Shown piece by piece: positions 38,998 through 52,686 of a DNA stretch of 64,000 bases. A program made the translations under genes and the position numbers. Position 1 is the first letter of the stretch; every line of letters starts with the position of its first letter. This DNA is from Octopus bimaculoides (Eukaryota): assembly GCF_001194135.2 (NCBI RefSeq), contig NC_068989.1:8407949-8471948 (forward strand). The letters are read 5' to 3'. The notes under the pieces are model-generated. The model was given only the letters and a program-made list of their open reading frames with translations. It was not told the origin of the DNA and did no database searches.

Positions 38998-39589
38998 ACA
39001 CATGTATATATAAGTGTGTTTGTTTCTTTATTTTTCTTATACAAGAGGCAGTCAACCGACTCCAGTTATGCAGGGTCTACAATCTCATTCTGTCATGTTG
39101 TCGATCATATCTAACTTATGATGTCTCAAATCTGGTTATATTTATCAATTTATTTTTATTGCATTACTAAGTTACANNNNNNNNNNNNNNNNNNNNNNNN
39201 NNNNNNNNNNNNNNNNNNNNNNNNNNNNNNNNNNNNNNNNNNNNNNNNNNNNNNNNNNNNNNNNNNNNNNNNNNNNNNNNNNNNNNNNNNNNNNNNNNNN
39301 NNNNNNNNNNNNNNNNNNNNNNNNNNNNNNNNNNNNNNNNNNNNNNNNNNNNNNNNNNNNNNNNNNNNNNNNNNNNNNNNNNNNNNNNNNNNNNNNNNNN
39401 NNNNNNNNNNNNNNNNNNNNNGTCGAACGAATAAAATATAAGTATGCGTACGTATATGTATACGCGAGTATATCTATACGTCTAGTTAAATATATGTGTA
39501 TATGTGTATGCATATAATGTTGGTCTACCTCTAAATCATTTAAGATTTTAATAGCGATAACAACCGTACATATATGCACAGATATATAA

Positions 39590-40860
39590 AGTACATCTTC
39601 ATGATTGTACTTTCGAATTTTCAGAATGTTTCTCTTTTAAAATTTACATGGTAGTCTTCTTCTGATGGTTGCTGACTCTTTTAGTTCTTGCAACAATATA
39701 TGTTGGCAGCAGTGTTCAACTGTTCCTTATTGGCAATGTCGATACACAGGGGTAGTTCATAATTCTGGAAGAAGTCGTTTGGCAGTGGTGGACGTAGTAG
39801 CTTAAGCTCTAGTCGCATTAATTAGTTGTGAAAGTGGTAGATGTAGGTTATTTCGCGCTTAAATATATCCCGCTTAACATCTTGGGCATGTCATAGTGTT
39901 AGTTAGGTTATCAGATGCACAGGTAAACTTGCTTATTTAGGAGAATTACTTTAAAACCCTTGTGACAAACTGAAACGTATACAACCGTTGTATCATTTGC
40001 ATATTAGTTTACTGTTGCTTCTGTGGTCATTGCTTATACCGGTTGGAATCATCGTATGCATTAGTTAATATATTTTCTTTGATTTGGGTGATACTTTGCT
40101 TGTTATAATGCTATGTGTTTGTAGAATTTAGTTCATCTTGTGTTGGTAAATTTCGACAGAAAATGTTATAGGTGATATTACATTTAGGCTTGTAGGTGTA
40201 GATATACAGTAAGACTTTCAATTCTAATATATCTGTCATCGTTTATCCTTGAGCCTGGATAATAATTTTCTTCGCTGTTTGTATTCCGTTATCTATAAAG
40301 AATGTGAACATTTTCGTCAATGAGTGTATCCTTAAGCTCTCGAAATCGTATCTCACGAATGGTTTCATCGGATACAATAAGGCAAGTTTTCGTCGCTACA
40401 ATATGAGAGATATTTAATCTGCTGCCTCTCGGGTAGCAAAAATTGAAAAGAAGATATAGATCGGAGTCCGCAGGCTTATAAATTTCTGTTTGATTTTCTT
40501 TTGTATCTTCTTACTTTATCAAGGTGTCTAGTAATTGGAACTTGTGTTGGTTAAATTCCATTACAATTATATATTTATGATTTCTATGGTATATATTTAA
40601 AGAAAGATTACCTATATTTTGCTGTCGTCTCCTTTGCAGATAAGAATTTTTGTGGAGAGCTGCTGCATATGTGCCCAGCATTTAACTGCTGCAAACTCTA
40701 CAATCATTCGGAATGTTTGTATGAAGATTCGAAAGATACAATAAGACGTTTGTAATTAAGGGTTTCCGGGAGGTGGTTAGCTTATCTAAGTTCCTACTTA
40801 TAAAACTTACTGCGTAATTGAAGAGTGGTTGGGTGGCATATCCAAAACGTTATTAAGACG
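39590..40860 (-). mobile_element. Decayed Penelope-like retroelement (RT plus GIY-YIG), with an internal deletion in RT
   Basis: Minus strand: LLVSF..SLHTNIPND..AAVKCW (RT motif A, about 40680-40745); MEFNQHKFQLLDTLIK*EDTK..TEIYKPADSDLYLLFNFCYPR..RLNI...IVSDETIREIRFRELKDTL (thumb, from 40561); KFTCASDNL..MTCPRC*AGYI (GIY-YIG, about 39860-39930). Confidence 0.9.
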
Positions 40861-41209
40861 GTGCATTTCATACACGCAGGACCGTGATTTCTATGCAAGT
40901 TTCACTCATTTTTAAATTCTTCTGAACGTTTAGTACGATACAGAAACTGTTTACATTTTACTTTGGCAACATAATCATATTAATTCTCGGTGAGTGACAT
41001 TCGATATGACTGTATACTACAAGGTTCATTATTATTTTTTATAGTAGTTTTGAAAATATTTTGCATGATTAAATCGTCTTAACAAGTGAAATCGGTGGCA
41101 TGTTTCCATGAAAATGGAAACATTGCTCCGTTTGGCACGATGTTGATCACAAAGCATATTTCCTTTTGGTTATCAATATCTACATAGAGACACAAATATA
41201 CATTTCTAT

Positions 41210-41286
<77 letters not shown>

Positions 41287-41569
41287 TGCGTGTGTATGAG
41301 CCTGTTTGTTCGTGTGTGTCTGTGTGTAAGAGCGTGCGTTAGAAAGAAAGAGAGTGAGTATGTATGTTTATAGGACTTTATGTGTATGCATACACTGTTA
41401 CTATCTACTGTGTGGAATAAACAAATATGTGAGAGCATAAATCTGTAAAGAATATTTAGAAGCCATTTGTAGATAATTTATTGTTCTCATAGACAGCTTT
41501 TATGTATTTTTCACATTTTATAATAATTAATAAATGCTTCTATTTTATCGGCGTATGTAAACATTCCAC

Positions 41570-41695
41570 TCAGAAATACTTGTGTACTTCCCTTGTGGGC
41601 TAATATTATTCGGACTGTAAGTTACAGGGCCCGTAAAGACACCAACATCGGTTGTCAAGCGAAGGTGGAGAGACAAACACAGACAAATATATGCA
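41570..41695 (-). mobile_element. SINE family A, 3' fragment
   Basis: taagttacagggcccgtaaagacaccaacatcggttgtcaagcgaaggtggagagacaaacacagac parallels 53640-53706. Confidence 0.6.
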
Positions 41696-41796
41696 TACAC
41701 GACATGCGTTCTGACATGGCATACATGTTCAGTGGGAGATAAGATCAACTTTAGGTGTTAATACTGTTACCGTCACTAATGGGTACATACATACAA

Positions 41797-41839
<43 letters not shown>

Positions 41840-41840
41840 A

Positions 41841-42060
41841 AGGCAGAGAAATAGTGGAATTCCTAGTACGCCGGACAAAAATCTTAGCGGTATTTCGTTC
41901 GTCTTCACGTTTTGAGTTCAAATTCCGCCATGGTCGACTTTGCCTTACATTATAACGATGGTCGATAAAATAAGTACCAGTTGAGCACCAAAACGGATGT
42001 AATCCGCTATCATCCTTCCACGAAATTTCTGGTCTCGCGCAAAATTTAGAAGCCAATATA
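41841..42060 (+). mobile_element. SINE family M
   Basis: cttagcggtatttcgttcgtcttcacgttttgagttcaaattccgccatggtcgactttgcc...gtcgataaaataagtaccagttgagcac...aaaatttagaagccaatat. Confidence 0.8.
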
Positions 42061-42065
42061 TATAT

Positions 42066-42420
42066 CGTGGCACTCCGTCGTTTACGACGGCGAGAGTTCC
42101 CGTTTATCCGATCAACGGAACAACCTGCTCGTGAAATTAACGTGCAAGTGGCTGAGCACTCCACAGACACGTGTACCCTTAACGTAGTTCTCGGGGAGAT
42201 TCAGCATGACACAGAGTGTGACAAAGCCGGCCCTTTGAAATACAGATACAAAAGAAACAGGAAGAAAGAGTGAGAGAATGTTGTGGTGAAAGAGTACAGC
42301 AGGGTTCACCCCCACCCCCACCACCCGTCGACAGAGCCTCGTGGAGCTTTAGGTGTATTTGCTCAACAAACAGAATGCCCGATCTGAGAATCAATGACCC
42401 TGGTCGGATCTTTTGGCGTT
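42066..42420 (-). mobile_element. tRNA-derived SINE family D, head eroded
   Basis: GC-rich 350-bp unit whose minus strand ends ...gatcggataaacgggaactctcgccgtcgtaaacgacggagtgcca; recognised from memory as a common octopus SINE; only one copy in the window. Confidence 0.6.
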
Positions 42421-42964
42421 ATATTGTACAAACTCACCCCCCCCCCCCCCCCNNNNNNNNNNNNNNNNNNNNNNNNNNNNNNNNNNNNNNNNNNNNNNNN
42501 NNNNNNNNNNNNNNNNNNNNNNNNNNNNNNNNNNNNNNNNNNNNNNNNNNNNNNNNNNNNNNNNNNCCCATACACACGACAATACTTATATGTATGTATT
42601 GACAAAACTCGCTATAGCGCTATATATGATAGCTTTTGTATTATTTGACTATAAACTATTGCATTCTGACTTCAAATCATGCTAATGTGTTCTTGATTCT
42701 CACACTGTGTTTCATTCTTACAATAATATCTTTAAAATAAATACCATTTAACTACATAGAGTTCTCCATCAAAATCCTCCCTTGAGCTGCATGACTTTGA
42801 GCCACAGTTAATTCTTACGATTATAAATAATCTCTCGTATAATAGTAAATATTGCCGGGATATGCAAAGTGAGTGATATACTAACACATATTGCAGAACA
42901 TCGAACTTATATGACCTAAATTGTTTAGTTACGTCCCTTTACCATCGGATATTAAATTTAAACT

Positions 42965-43015
42965 AGAGTCGACAATGTCTTTCATCCTTTCGGGATCAAT
43001 AATACAGTAATAAAG
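42965..43015 (+). mobile_element. SINE family M core fragment
   Basis: gagtcgacaatgtctttcatcctttcgggatcaataa. Confidence 0.5.
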
Positions 43016-43346
43016 AACAAATACATTGCTCAAAAATATCGGTTTGGAGTCCAAATCCACTGAAGGCGTTTTTGTTGGATGGCTTCAATCGATTATGCAC
43101 TTCACGTAAACAGTGGTGGCCTTCTGCCAACATAGGAAACTTATGGCTATTGTTGATATTGTTGTAGTATTTGAGAAACTTGTGTCCATATAGTGTGAGA
43201 TTTCATTGCAATGTTTTTCTTTGTTGTGTTTATTATTGTTATTACTATCTATTTTCGTTTAAAGGTCTGCAAGCTGTTGCTGTTTTTGTTGCTTGTGTTA
43301 TTGCTGTTTAGTATTATTACTAAAATCATCATCATCATACTAGTGC

Positions 43347-43414
<68 letters not shown>

Positions 43415-43873
43415 GGCGGCGAGTTGGCTGAATCGTTGGCACGCCGGCCAAAAAATGCTTAGCGGTATTTCGTGCACCTTTCTCTTCTGATTTCAAATTC
43501 CAACCAGAAGGACTTTGCCTTTCGTCAATTCGGGGTCGATAAATTGAGAACCAGTGAAACACTGGGGTTGATGTAATCGATTAGTCCCCTCCCCACAAAT
43601 TTCAGATCTCCTGCCTTTAGAAGAAAGGATTATTATTATTATTATTAGCGCTGCGAGTAGGCAGAATAGTTAGCACGCCGGCAAAATTTATTAGCAACGT
43701 TTCGCCCCCCTTGCGTTCTGAGTTCAAACTCTGCCAAGGTTAACTCTGCCTTTCATCCTTTCAGGGTCGATAAATTAGGTACCAGTGAAACACTAAGGGT
43801 GGTTGTAATCGACTTATCCTTTCCCCCAAAAATGGCTGCCCTTGTGGTAAAATTTGAAACCATTATTATTATT
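43415..43873 (+). mobile_element. Tandem pair of SINE family M (43415-43647 and 43648-43873) following a (TTA)n tract (43348-43414)
   Basis: Two complete heads (ggcggcgagttggctgaatcgttggcacgccg; gctgcgagtaggcagaatagttagcacgccg), two cores, each ending in a (TTA)n tail; the two copies have different 3' tails. Confidence 0.9.
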
Positions 43874-44517
43874 GTTGGTGCGATTGTTTCTGTTGTTCTC
43901 GCTATTGATTTTATTTTTCTCCTAATATTGGTTCTGTTAATATTATTTGTGTTTTACGTTCAACCCGTTTTCTTCTCCCCATTCTAGTTCTTACTTCATC
44001 TAATTGTATTTGTTGTTATTTTTCTTTTGTAGTTTAGTTTAAATACTTGCTGTTATTGATGTTGGTCTACTGTGTTACCATTACTTTTGATGTTAATACA
44101 GAGATTTACACTCAGTTACTCTCTTTTACTCTTTTGGTCTTGTAACAGTTGTAAGCGTTGCTCTGAGCATTTTAAAAATTTGGTTTGGTCTCTATATTAG
44201 TTAGTTTTGTTATTGTAATTATGGTAACTGTTACTGCAGCAGCTTTTTCTCATTGTTGTTTTATTAAAAGAACAGTGAAGTATGATTGGTTGATTAAGAA
44301 TATCAGTTTGTGTTCAATCTTTGTCTTCAAACGAATATATAAAACGCATGAAGGAAATTTGAAATGAGATGAAACGCTTAGTGTGAAAAAAATATACACA
44401 AACAAAAAGAAACTTCAAGATATTATGGACATCATCTATCTATCTATGTATCTATCTATCTATCTAAGTAGCACTTGCTCTCCTTTTCGCGCTCTCTCGA
44501 TATAATATATATATGCA

Positions 44518-44583
<66 letters not shown>

Positions 44584-44709
44584 TGCATATATAATGCATA
44601 CACATCTCACTATCTACATATATGTATGTATATATATATGTACATGTATGTATACATAAGTATATGTATATATATACATAAGTATATGTGTATATATACA
44701 TAAGTATAG

Positions 44710-44756
<47 letters not shown>

Positions 44757-45289
44757 NNNNNNNNNNACAAGCACACATGTATATGTACATGCATACATGC
44801 AAACACACACACACACACACATATTCTGAAAGGGCAAAGAAAGAAGGATGGAAGGAACAGGGGAAATGAGCAAGGTGATGTAAGAGAATAACAGAATGAC
44901 ATGATGTACAGGAGAGACACAAGTCAGAAATATAAATCACAAATGTAAAGAAATCAGAAAGGAAAATAAGAAATAGCGGAAAGAAAGTGACGTAGTAAAA
45001 AGGAAAACGAAGGAAAAGGGAGATAACACCGGAATGACAAAAAGTCAGAGATGTGAAAGAAAATGTCATGAAAGATAGAGAGGAAAAAAGTGAGAGTGAA
45101 GTTAGTGTGTTTAGGTGATAAAACTCAAGAATAAAACATGTGGCTGTTACTATTAGCAATCCAAATATTTCTAAGATCAATATATTTAGGAAAACTAAAC
45201 AATTCATTGTAAACAAATCAATGTGTTAATGTAAATAACAATAAGGTCAGCGGTAAAAGGAATAAAATATAAATAACAACAACAAGCAA

Positions 45290-46781
45290 AGCGATATCAA
45301 TGATGAAGATGGTGATGCTGGTGGTGATGGTGAAGATTTGTTTGTTTTTTCACTTTGCCATCAGGTCAAATATAACGGTAACAAATCTTGTGATGATAGC
45401 CATAAAAACAATAAAATTATATTTATGGACGTGGTTGTAGTATTAGCAGTAGTACTGGCGTTAGTATTAGCGTTAGAGGTAGGGGTAGCCAGCTGCTACT
45501 GCCACTGCTGCTACTACTACGAATAATAGTAATAATAATAATAATAATATGAAGGGAAGGAGGAGGAGAAGGAGGAGGAAGAAAGAAGAAAAAGGAGGAA
45601 AGAAGGAGGAGGAGGTGATGAGGACGGCGATGATGATTATGATCAGTATAGTAATGACTGTGTTGGTAATCGTGGTGGTGGTGATGACTATGGTGGTGGT
45701 GGTGGTGTTTGTGGTTGTCAGAGCAGTGGTGGCGGGGATGGTGCTGGTGAAGATGATTGGTGATGAAATTTATGATTCTGAGGACGACGATGATGATGAT
45801 GATGATGAAAAAGCGATGTTGAAGTTGGTAACGGTGATGATTCGCTATTTCCGCTATTTGCTTACCGGATGAAGATGAACATATAAATTTAAAACAAAAC
45901 AAAAAAAGCAAAAAGAAACAGCACGAAAAAATTAATATGCAAATGATAGAAAAGCAGAGTTTTAAATTGCTAACTTTAGCTTTTAATCCTTTGGTGTGCA
46001 TGTTTGTCTGGATGGTGGGGTGCGGGGAGAGGTAATGGAAATATTCATCATCATCGTCCTCACCATCATCATCATCGTCATCACCATCATAACACAACCA
46101 CCGCCACTATCATCACCATCAACATCACCATCATCATCATCGTCATCATCATCATTACCATCATCATTACCATCATCATAGTCGTCTTAGTCGTTGTCAT
46201 CATCATCGTCATCATCATCATGACCATTATCATCATGGTCGTTATACAACCAGCGCCATTATCATCATCACCATAATTACCATCATAGTCGTCGTCAAAG
46301 ACGTTGTCATCGTCGTCGTCATCATTACTGTGTACATATCAATATAAAGAAAGAACTACGTCGAACAAACTATGAAGCATGTGAGACAATGCATTAACAA
46401 GCAATAAACAAACATCTGAATCTCCGAAAAGTGGAAGAAATCAAAAACAACAACAACGAAATTGCTAAGTTATGAAACCGGGTGCCATGTTTGTTTGCTA
46501 GTAAAATATTTTTGAAACTACTCAAAACAAATGTATCGTGTAACTACTACTATTACTGTTGCTGCTACTACCACCACCACTACTACTACTACAAATGCTG
46601 ATGTTGCTGCTACTACTATTGTCACCACTACTGTCGCTGATGCTGTTATTACTACTACTACTACAACTACTTCTATTACCACTACTGTGCCGATGCTGTT
46701 GCCACTACCACTACCACTACTACTATTACTACTACTACTACCACCACCACCATATCCACCACCACCACCACCACCACCACC

Positions 46782-46815
<34 letters not shown>

Positions 46816-46860
46816 GTGTTACTACAAAGAAAAGGAATAGAAGAGGAAGAAAATGTGACG
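45290..46860. repeat. Compound trinucleotide low-complexity array (GAT/GGT, GGA, CAT/CAC, ACT/CCA)
   Basis: Direct reading; source of the poly-H, poly-P, poly-T and poly-D ORFs. Confidence 0.9.
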
Positions 46861-47119
46861 GGGAGGAGGAGAGAATGCTACAAACAACTCATGGAAATGT
46901 AGAGATCAAATACTTTCAAAAATAGACGTAATCGAAAACTAGGGGCAGTAAAAAATATTCTCTGTGTAAGGCATGGATTGACGACCGGAAAACACCATGA
47001 TCTATACACACTCGATTCATACGAAAAAGAAAGTGAACAAAATAATATGACCCATTGCTCATCGGAAATTTAAAAGAAATTTCTCAAAGATAATCAAACC
47101 AAATATACCTCATCTCGAG

Positions 47120-47260
47120 CCACTCATCCAATGAGTATTTTTGCCAAATTTGGTGAAAATCTGTTCAGCCGTTTTCCAGTAATTTTGCAAACACCCAGGC
47201 AAACAGGCAAAGACGGGTGATTACAATACACTGCTTTCGCTTACGCGTGCAGGGTAACTA
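47120..47260 (+). mobile_element. Possible 3' part of a Helitron/Helentron-derived non-autonomous element
   Basis: ccaaatttggtgaaaatctgttcagccgttttccagtaattttgcaaac...caaacaggcaaa, then a terminal hairpin ctgctttcgc-ttac-gcgtgcag and ggtaacta, an arrangement typical of HINE/DINE-like elements. Confidence 0.4.
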
Positions 47261-48159
47261 GGTAACTATGGAAAATTTAAACACAAAACTCAAAATGAGG
47301 CGACAAAATGGCATGATAAAATGGTAGCAAGAACAGCCCATCCCTTGTTAATAAGCGAAGAAAACTGAACAGGGTGAGAATAGACAAAGCAAATCTAGCA
47401 CTGGTTAATAAGCTGAAAATGATCGATCTTTGGTACTAAAACCGCTAAAGAGTTGTGGAAGCAGAATGTAGTAAGTCACTGCAAAAAATGGAAAATTTGA
47501 GAAGAAACAATTTAACCACAATATGTCTGGCTTCCAGGTTTAACAAAGAAATTATGTATCACTGGCATCACAGCGTTCGATCTTCCATACAATGGAAAGT
47601 ATGCCAGTATTATTCGATGGTATAAACATATATATCGGAAAAGGCCTGTTTTATTATTTGCATAATACTCTGTGTGTATTTAAGAATACACACATATATG
47701 TATGATGTTTGTGTGTATGTACGTATGTATATATTTATGTATGTATACAAATCTATTGACAATCTGTCTTCCTCACTGCGTCAAATGGTATTGTTGATTT
47801 GAATCTTTGTATTTCTGTTTTGCAATGATAGGCTATTTCTTCGTAATATATGTTCTTGCGCTGACTTTATATACTTGACTGTATTATTTATACAAGGATG
47901 GTACGAATATTATGAAATCATCTAAATCATTTATGGAATAAGTTTTCTAGAGCGGCTTTCATATTTATAATTGTATTCGCCTCGTGTGACTCCTTTATGA
48001 GTGAAAGCAAACTTTCTTTGCAAATATGTAGCTAATCTCGTATGAATATTCGCTCTGGATATACGTGTAGAATTTATATCAAATAACATTATGATGGTCT
48101 CCTTGAATATACAAATACACACACAGATATATACACTCATGTGTGTATACATACATACG

Positions 48160-48213
<54 letters not shown>

Positions 48214-48233
48214 NNNNNNNNNNNNNNNNNNNN

Positions 48234-48294
<61 letters not shown>

Positions 48295-49129
48295 GTGTGC
48301 GTGTGTGTGTGTGTGTGTAATTATAAATAAAGATATGCATATACATGAAACATTTCATTGATATATTGATGCATATGTCGGAACAGAAATACATATGCAC
48401 ATACAGACTTACAAACATTTATGGGAGATTTCTACACGGATTTTTTCTACTGAATATCAATCATAAATCTAATAAGGCAGTGGTTAACTAGAAGTTTGGG
48501 TAGGTAGAATTTATGTGACGTTTCTCGCATACCTAGTGACCTTCTAATATATGGAACCAGGAAAGACAAGCTGAATACAATTATGTAATGAATGTGAGAA
48601 AGGACGAGTTCATTTTCATATAATTTACTGATATATGACGTAACTGTTCGTCATAAATGTGCATATATGTAAATCTATATAAATGCAAAAAAATACACAT
48701 ATACATACATACACCCCCACGCGGTCGCACAAACATATAGTTCTGTGTTGATAGGCCGGATATTTTCGCTCAAACTGTGAATACCATTATAAATATCCAC
48801 CGTGCGGATGCCTTAATAAACAATTCTCATCTGTGAGTCTGAAATGAACTGAAAATTATTGACGATTAACATTGACTAACTCCAACTTTACGACATGTTT
48901 CAATATGACAACATCTTTCATTCACCCACACAAATATATCAGTTTCGTATCCTAGTGTTGGATAAATAATTTAACGAAGTGCGGGGAACGAAAGTATTCA
49001 AACGACGCACTACGATTACTGTTATACAGGGTTAAACGCTCTCTGACAACGGCTGCCAGTGAACTGCTTACATTGAACTGCTAACAGTCCTTTATTTTGT
49101 AGCAATGTGCCAGTCAACTTTTAGTCTCT

Positions 49130-49420
49130 TAGGTGGTGGGAGTCGGAATCCTGCCACAACATCTCCCTTTTTTAGAATTAGTCTCCCCTAACTTCTCCAC
49201 TTTTAAGAATGAAACTCCGATTAGAGTTTTAATATCTCTTACGCTTAGAGTACAATTCCAATCTTTCCGTTCTTTTCCGTTTTCTGGTTCTAGAACACGT
49301 AGTCTCAAACATGTCGTACAATACTTTTATGAGGGTTCCATTTCTCGTGAGTGTTTTTTTTTTTCGTGAATGTTTTATTTTTAAGCTGTTTAGTATGTCT
49401 TTTATGTTCGACATTTTTTC
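49130..49420 (-). mobile_element. Possible LINE RT N-terminal remnant
   Basis: DILNSLKIKHS...GTLIKVL...SFILKKWRS*GRLILKKGD loosely parallels L..LK..KS.G.DG...VL...P..WK.A....I.KKGD. Confidence 0.3.
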
Positions 49421-49881
49421 CTTTTTCCTGAAATACCATTCTTCTCAGCTTTGTTTACTATATTTATTTATTTATTTATTTATGTGTTTCAGCCAAGTGG
49501 CTGCGGTCATGCTGGTCAAGTTTTTTATAAAAAGTTTGCCACCTCAGAATTTAGAACTATTTTTGTTGTTCGCCTTTTTTTTCTGATTTTACTCGGTGCC
49601 AGCTTATCAAAGATGGATCTGATCTTTCAAGCAAACATCATTTCTGCGGGGGACATTCAACACTGGTTATTTGAATTAGATATTATTCGTTATTCTCTTA
49701 GAAAATGTTGCAATGCAAGGTCACTTCATTACTTCATTGCACATCCTCCTATACCAGAAACAGCTGTAAGATAATGAAGTTCATGAGATACTCATTTATT
49801 CCTTTCTCATCTCTCTCTTTATCTTATTTATGTATGTATGTATAAAATAAATTTATGTACGTGTGTATATATTATATAGAT

Positions 49882-49922
<41 letters not shown>

Positions 49923-49932
49923 NNNNNNNNNN

Positions 49933-49978
<46 letters not shown>

Positions 49979-52563
49979 ACTGTCATCTCTCGAGTCTTCG
50001 TAAGTTTTGTTTCCAAAATAAGATATCGTGTCGGATGTTCTGTCACTGCCTAAGATATCCATTAATAAGATAGTAATAGTACCCTTCGATGTTGATATAC
50101 TTACAAGGTTGCAGAACCGCAGTTAATCAGAGAATTACCTTTACTTCTAACTTTGCTCGAAGAGAAAGAAATAACGACATTACACACTGCGTCTTTGTGA
50201 ATGTTTAAAAACTGTATCTGATGAAAATTTATGATACGAAAGTATACAAATATGAACTTTAATGCTTCAAAATCTATATACTTCTTTCGGAACCATTACA
50301 CCAGTTTTTCCTACAACACATCTACAAATAAAACTTACGAGCACAACTAAGGCTGGAATAATGTACATGGTAGGAATTGATAAAGTTATTTTTCAAATAA
50401 GGTTTCTTTTCTATATAGAACTTTGGAACATAGTGTGATGTATAAATATATTACCATGATTTTCGAACCCTTTCTAAAAGAACGTGCTGAATTACTCAAA
50501 GATCTCCTCACCTATCCCTAATTCGGACATTGATATAAGGCTATTTATATGCATCAAGAGAACCATATTATTCTATGTCAATGGCATATCAATAAACAAA
50601 CGATCAGACATTACACCTGAGTATTGTTGTAAAATAATTGTTTCTGTCAGAGATTTCAATTCAGCTTTCACTGCATACATACCAAAATTTTCACACATCT
50701 TCTTAGTAACATAATAGAAGAACAGCTTTCTTCCGATAAGAAACATAAATAGCATACAGAGCTATTCAAGATGCTTCTGCATATACTTTATGCTAAATCC
50801 AGGTTAAAAATATCAATCGATTCTAAGTGCAAGATAATAAACTATCTTGTTGCAATCGATTTACAAAGTTCAATAATCTCACCGTTACAAAAAAGCAGAT
50901 CAAGCATTCCATTGCATAAAAACTCTTCAATCACCTAAATAACATTTTACGTATCCTTGTTAAATTGTTCCCTTATAATTATCCGATGAAGCTTCATTAT
51001 ATAATGCTCTGGCTATCATTACATAGTAGATTCACTGACAATATTAGATGCAAAAAAATTGTTACGGTAGAAATTCATAGCAAACCAAAGCAATATGAGG
51101 AAATATCACCTAATATAATGCATCGTTTAATTTCAACTGTTTTCACATTTCTGACTAAAATGTTATTTAAACTGTTTCAAAATACATCTCGCCACAAGAT
51201 AGATTTTTATATAAAACTATTACAAAAGTTGCCTTTTCAACTACATTCCAATACTCATCTCTTACATAAATGGCTATGTATGTTAAAATATTTTAGAATA
51301 TTAATAAGCTAACATAAAATACAAATCCATATGTGAGTGCTTTTATCCCACTGAATATAATCAGATGTATTTATATATTTACTTATTCAATTATTTAACA
51401 TTCAAACTGCCAACTTCCGAAGCCTTGTAATATTGAATCTGTTCATGTACACGAATCTAAATATATATTATACATGATTAATTACACACACCATCGTTAT
51501 TATGAAATATTGTAATATGATATATAAGCCTATGATATTTTTAATTTCTAATTCTTACCCTATTTTTAGCATTATTTTATTATATTTCCTCAATAGTTAA
51601 TGCGATATATCATTTTATTATTTTAATATTCATGTATTTAGTTTTAACTTGATGGCTGTTTAAAAGCCCCTAGATCTCAAATTTACGTGTAATATATGTT
51701 TATAACATCAAATGCAATCATATAAATATAATGTGAGGATTCCTTAACTACATGATTTATAAATGAATTTAACAAATCGAAAGCGCTATCGAATATAATA
51801 TTCTTCGGCTTACTAAGAAGCACGTATTAATCTAATTTGAAATTCTGCAATGGAAAGCAACAAAGAAAACAAAAATCATACACCCAGTTCTTAGCATAAT
51901 ATTAAATATATCCTAACGATATCCTTAAATCTAATTTTAAATTTAACTTTGCTTTATGCATTCAATTTTATTTTAAGCCTCTAATACTCAATATTAATTT
52001 ATATTACTAAATACCTTCTGAAAAAATATAAACGTCGTAGTGTAATTTGATAAAATCTTATTTGAGGATTTGAACAGATTATTCAATATTTGAAATTTCG
52101 ATGGCCATGTTCAAAATACAAAGGCTTTGAATTAAAATCTTAAATTCTATTAGGTAACTATATCTACACTGAAGCAAAATACCGGTTTTAAGACCATTTG
52201 TTTTGTAACTCAATCAAACAAGTTGAATTATGAACATGAAAAGCCTAAGTGCATGCGACGCTTCACATTAAATTTAAGCTTTGGGTTATAATGGAAGAAA
52301 AGCATCTAAGCGACACATTCCCAAACATTCTGTGTAAACCTATAGATGCACATTACAATTAATGCCACGTGCACTCGCTCAATCATTATATACGTACTTA
52401 AACTTCTATCAGAATATTTCCGGGCTGCACGTTGCTAGGATTATACTTATGAAAAGAAATGTATGTGCTGCAGACGGTTATTAGTCTCCAGCCTGCTGAT
52501 CTAGTGTAAAAGTAGGCTTCGTGTAATCTGCTTTTGTTTAATTATCACGACATGTTATAAAAC

Positions 52564-52686
52564 ATTATTTACATTTGACGGATATTTGTCCTCATTTTGT
52601 TTGTTGTGTTAACAACAAACGAGATGAGGACAAATATCCGTCAAATATAAATAATGTACATAATTTGTCATCTCGTAAATATAGAA
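52564..52686 (+). mobile_element. Fold-back mini-insertion of the family H / PLE 3' tail
   Basis: 52606-52686 matches the post-cleavage tail of 18868-18949; 52562-52605 is its inverted copy (41/44 vs 52614-52657); perfect 12-bp TSD ATGTTATAAAAC at 52552-52563 and 52687-52698. Confidence 0.9.

Noticed and set aside
42067-42394. GC-rich ORFs on both strands
   Set aside because: They lie within SINE family D.
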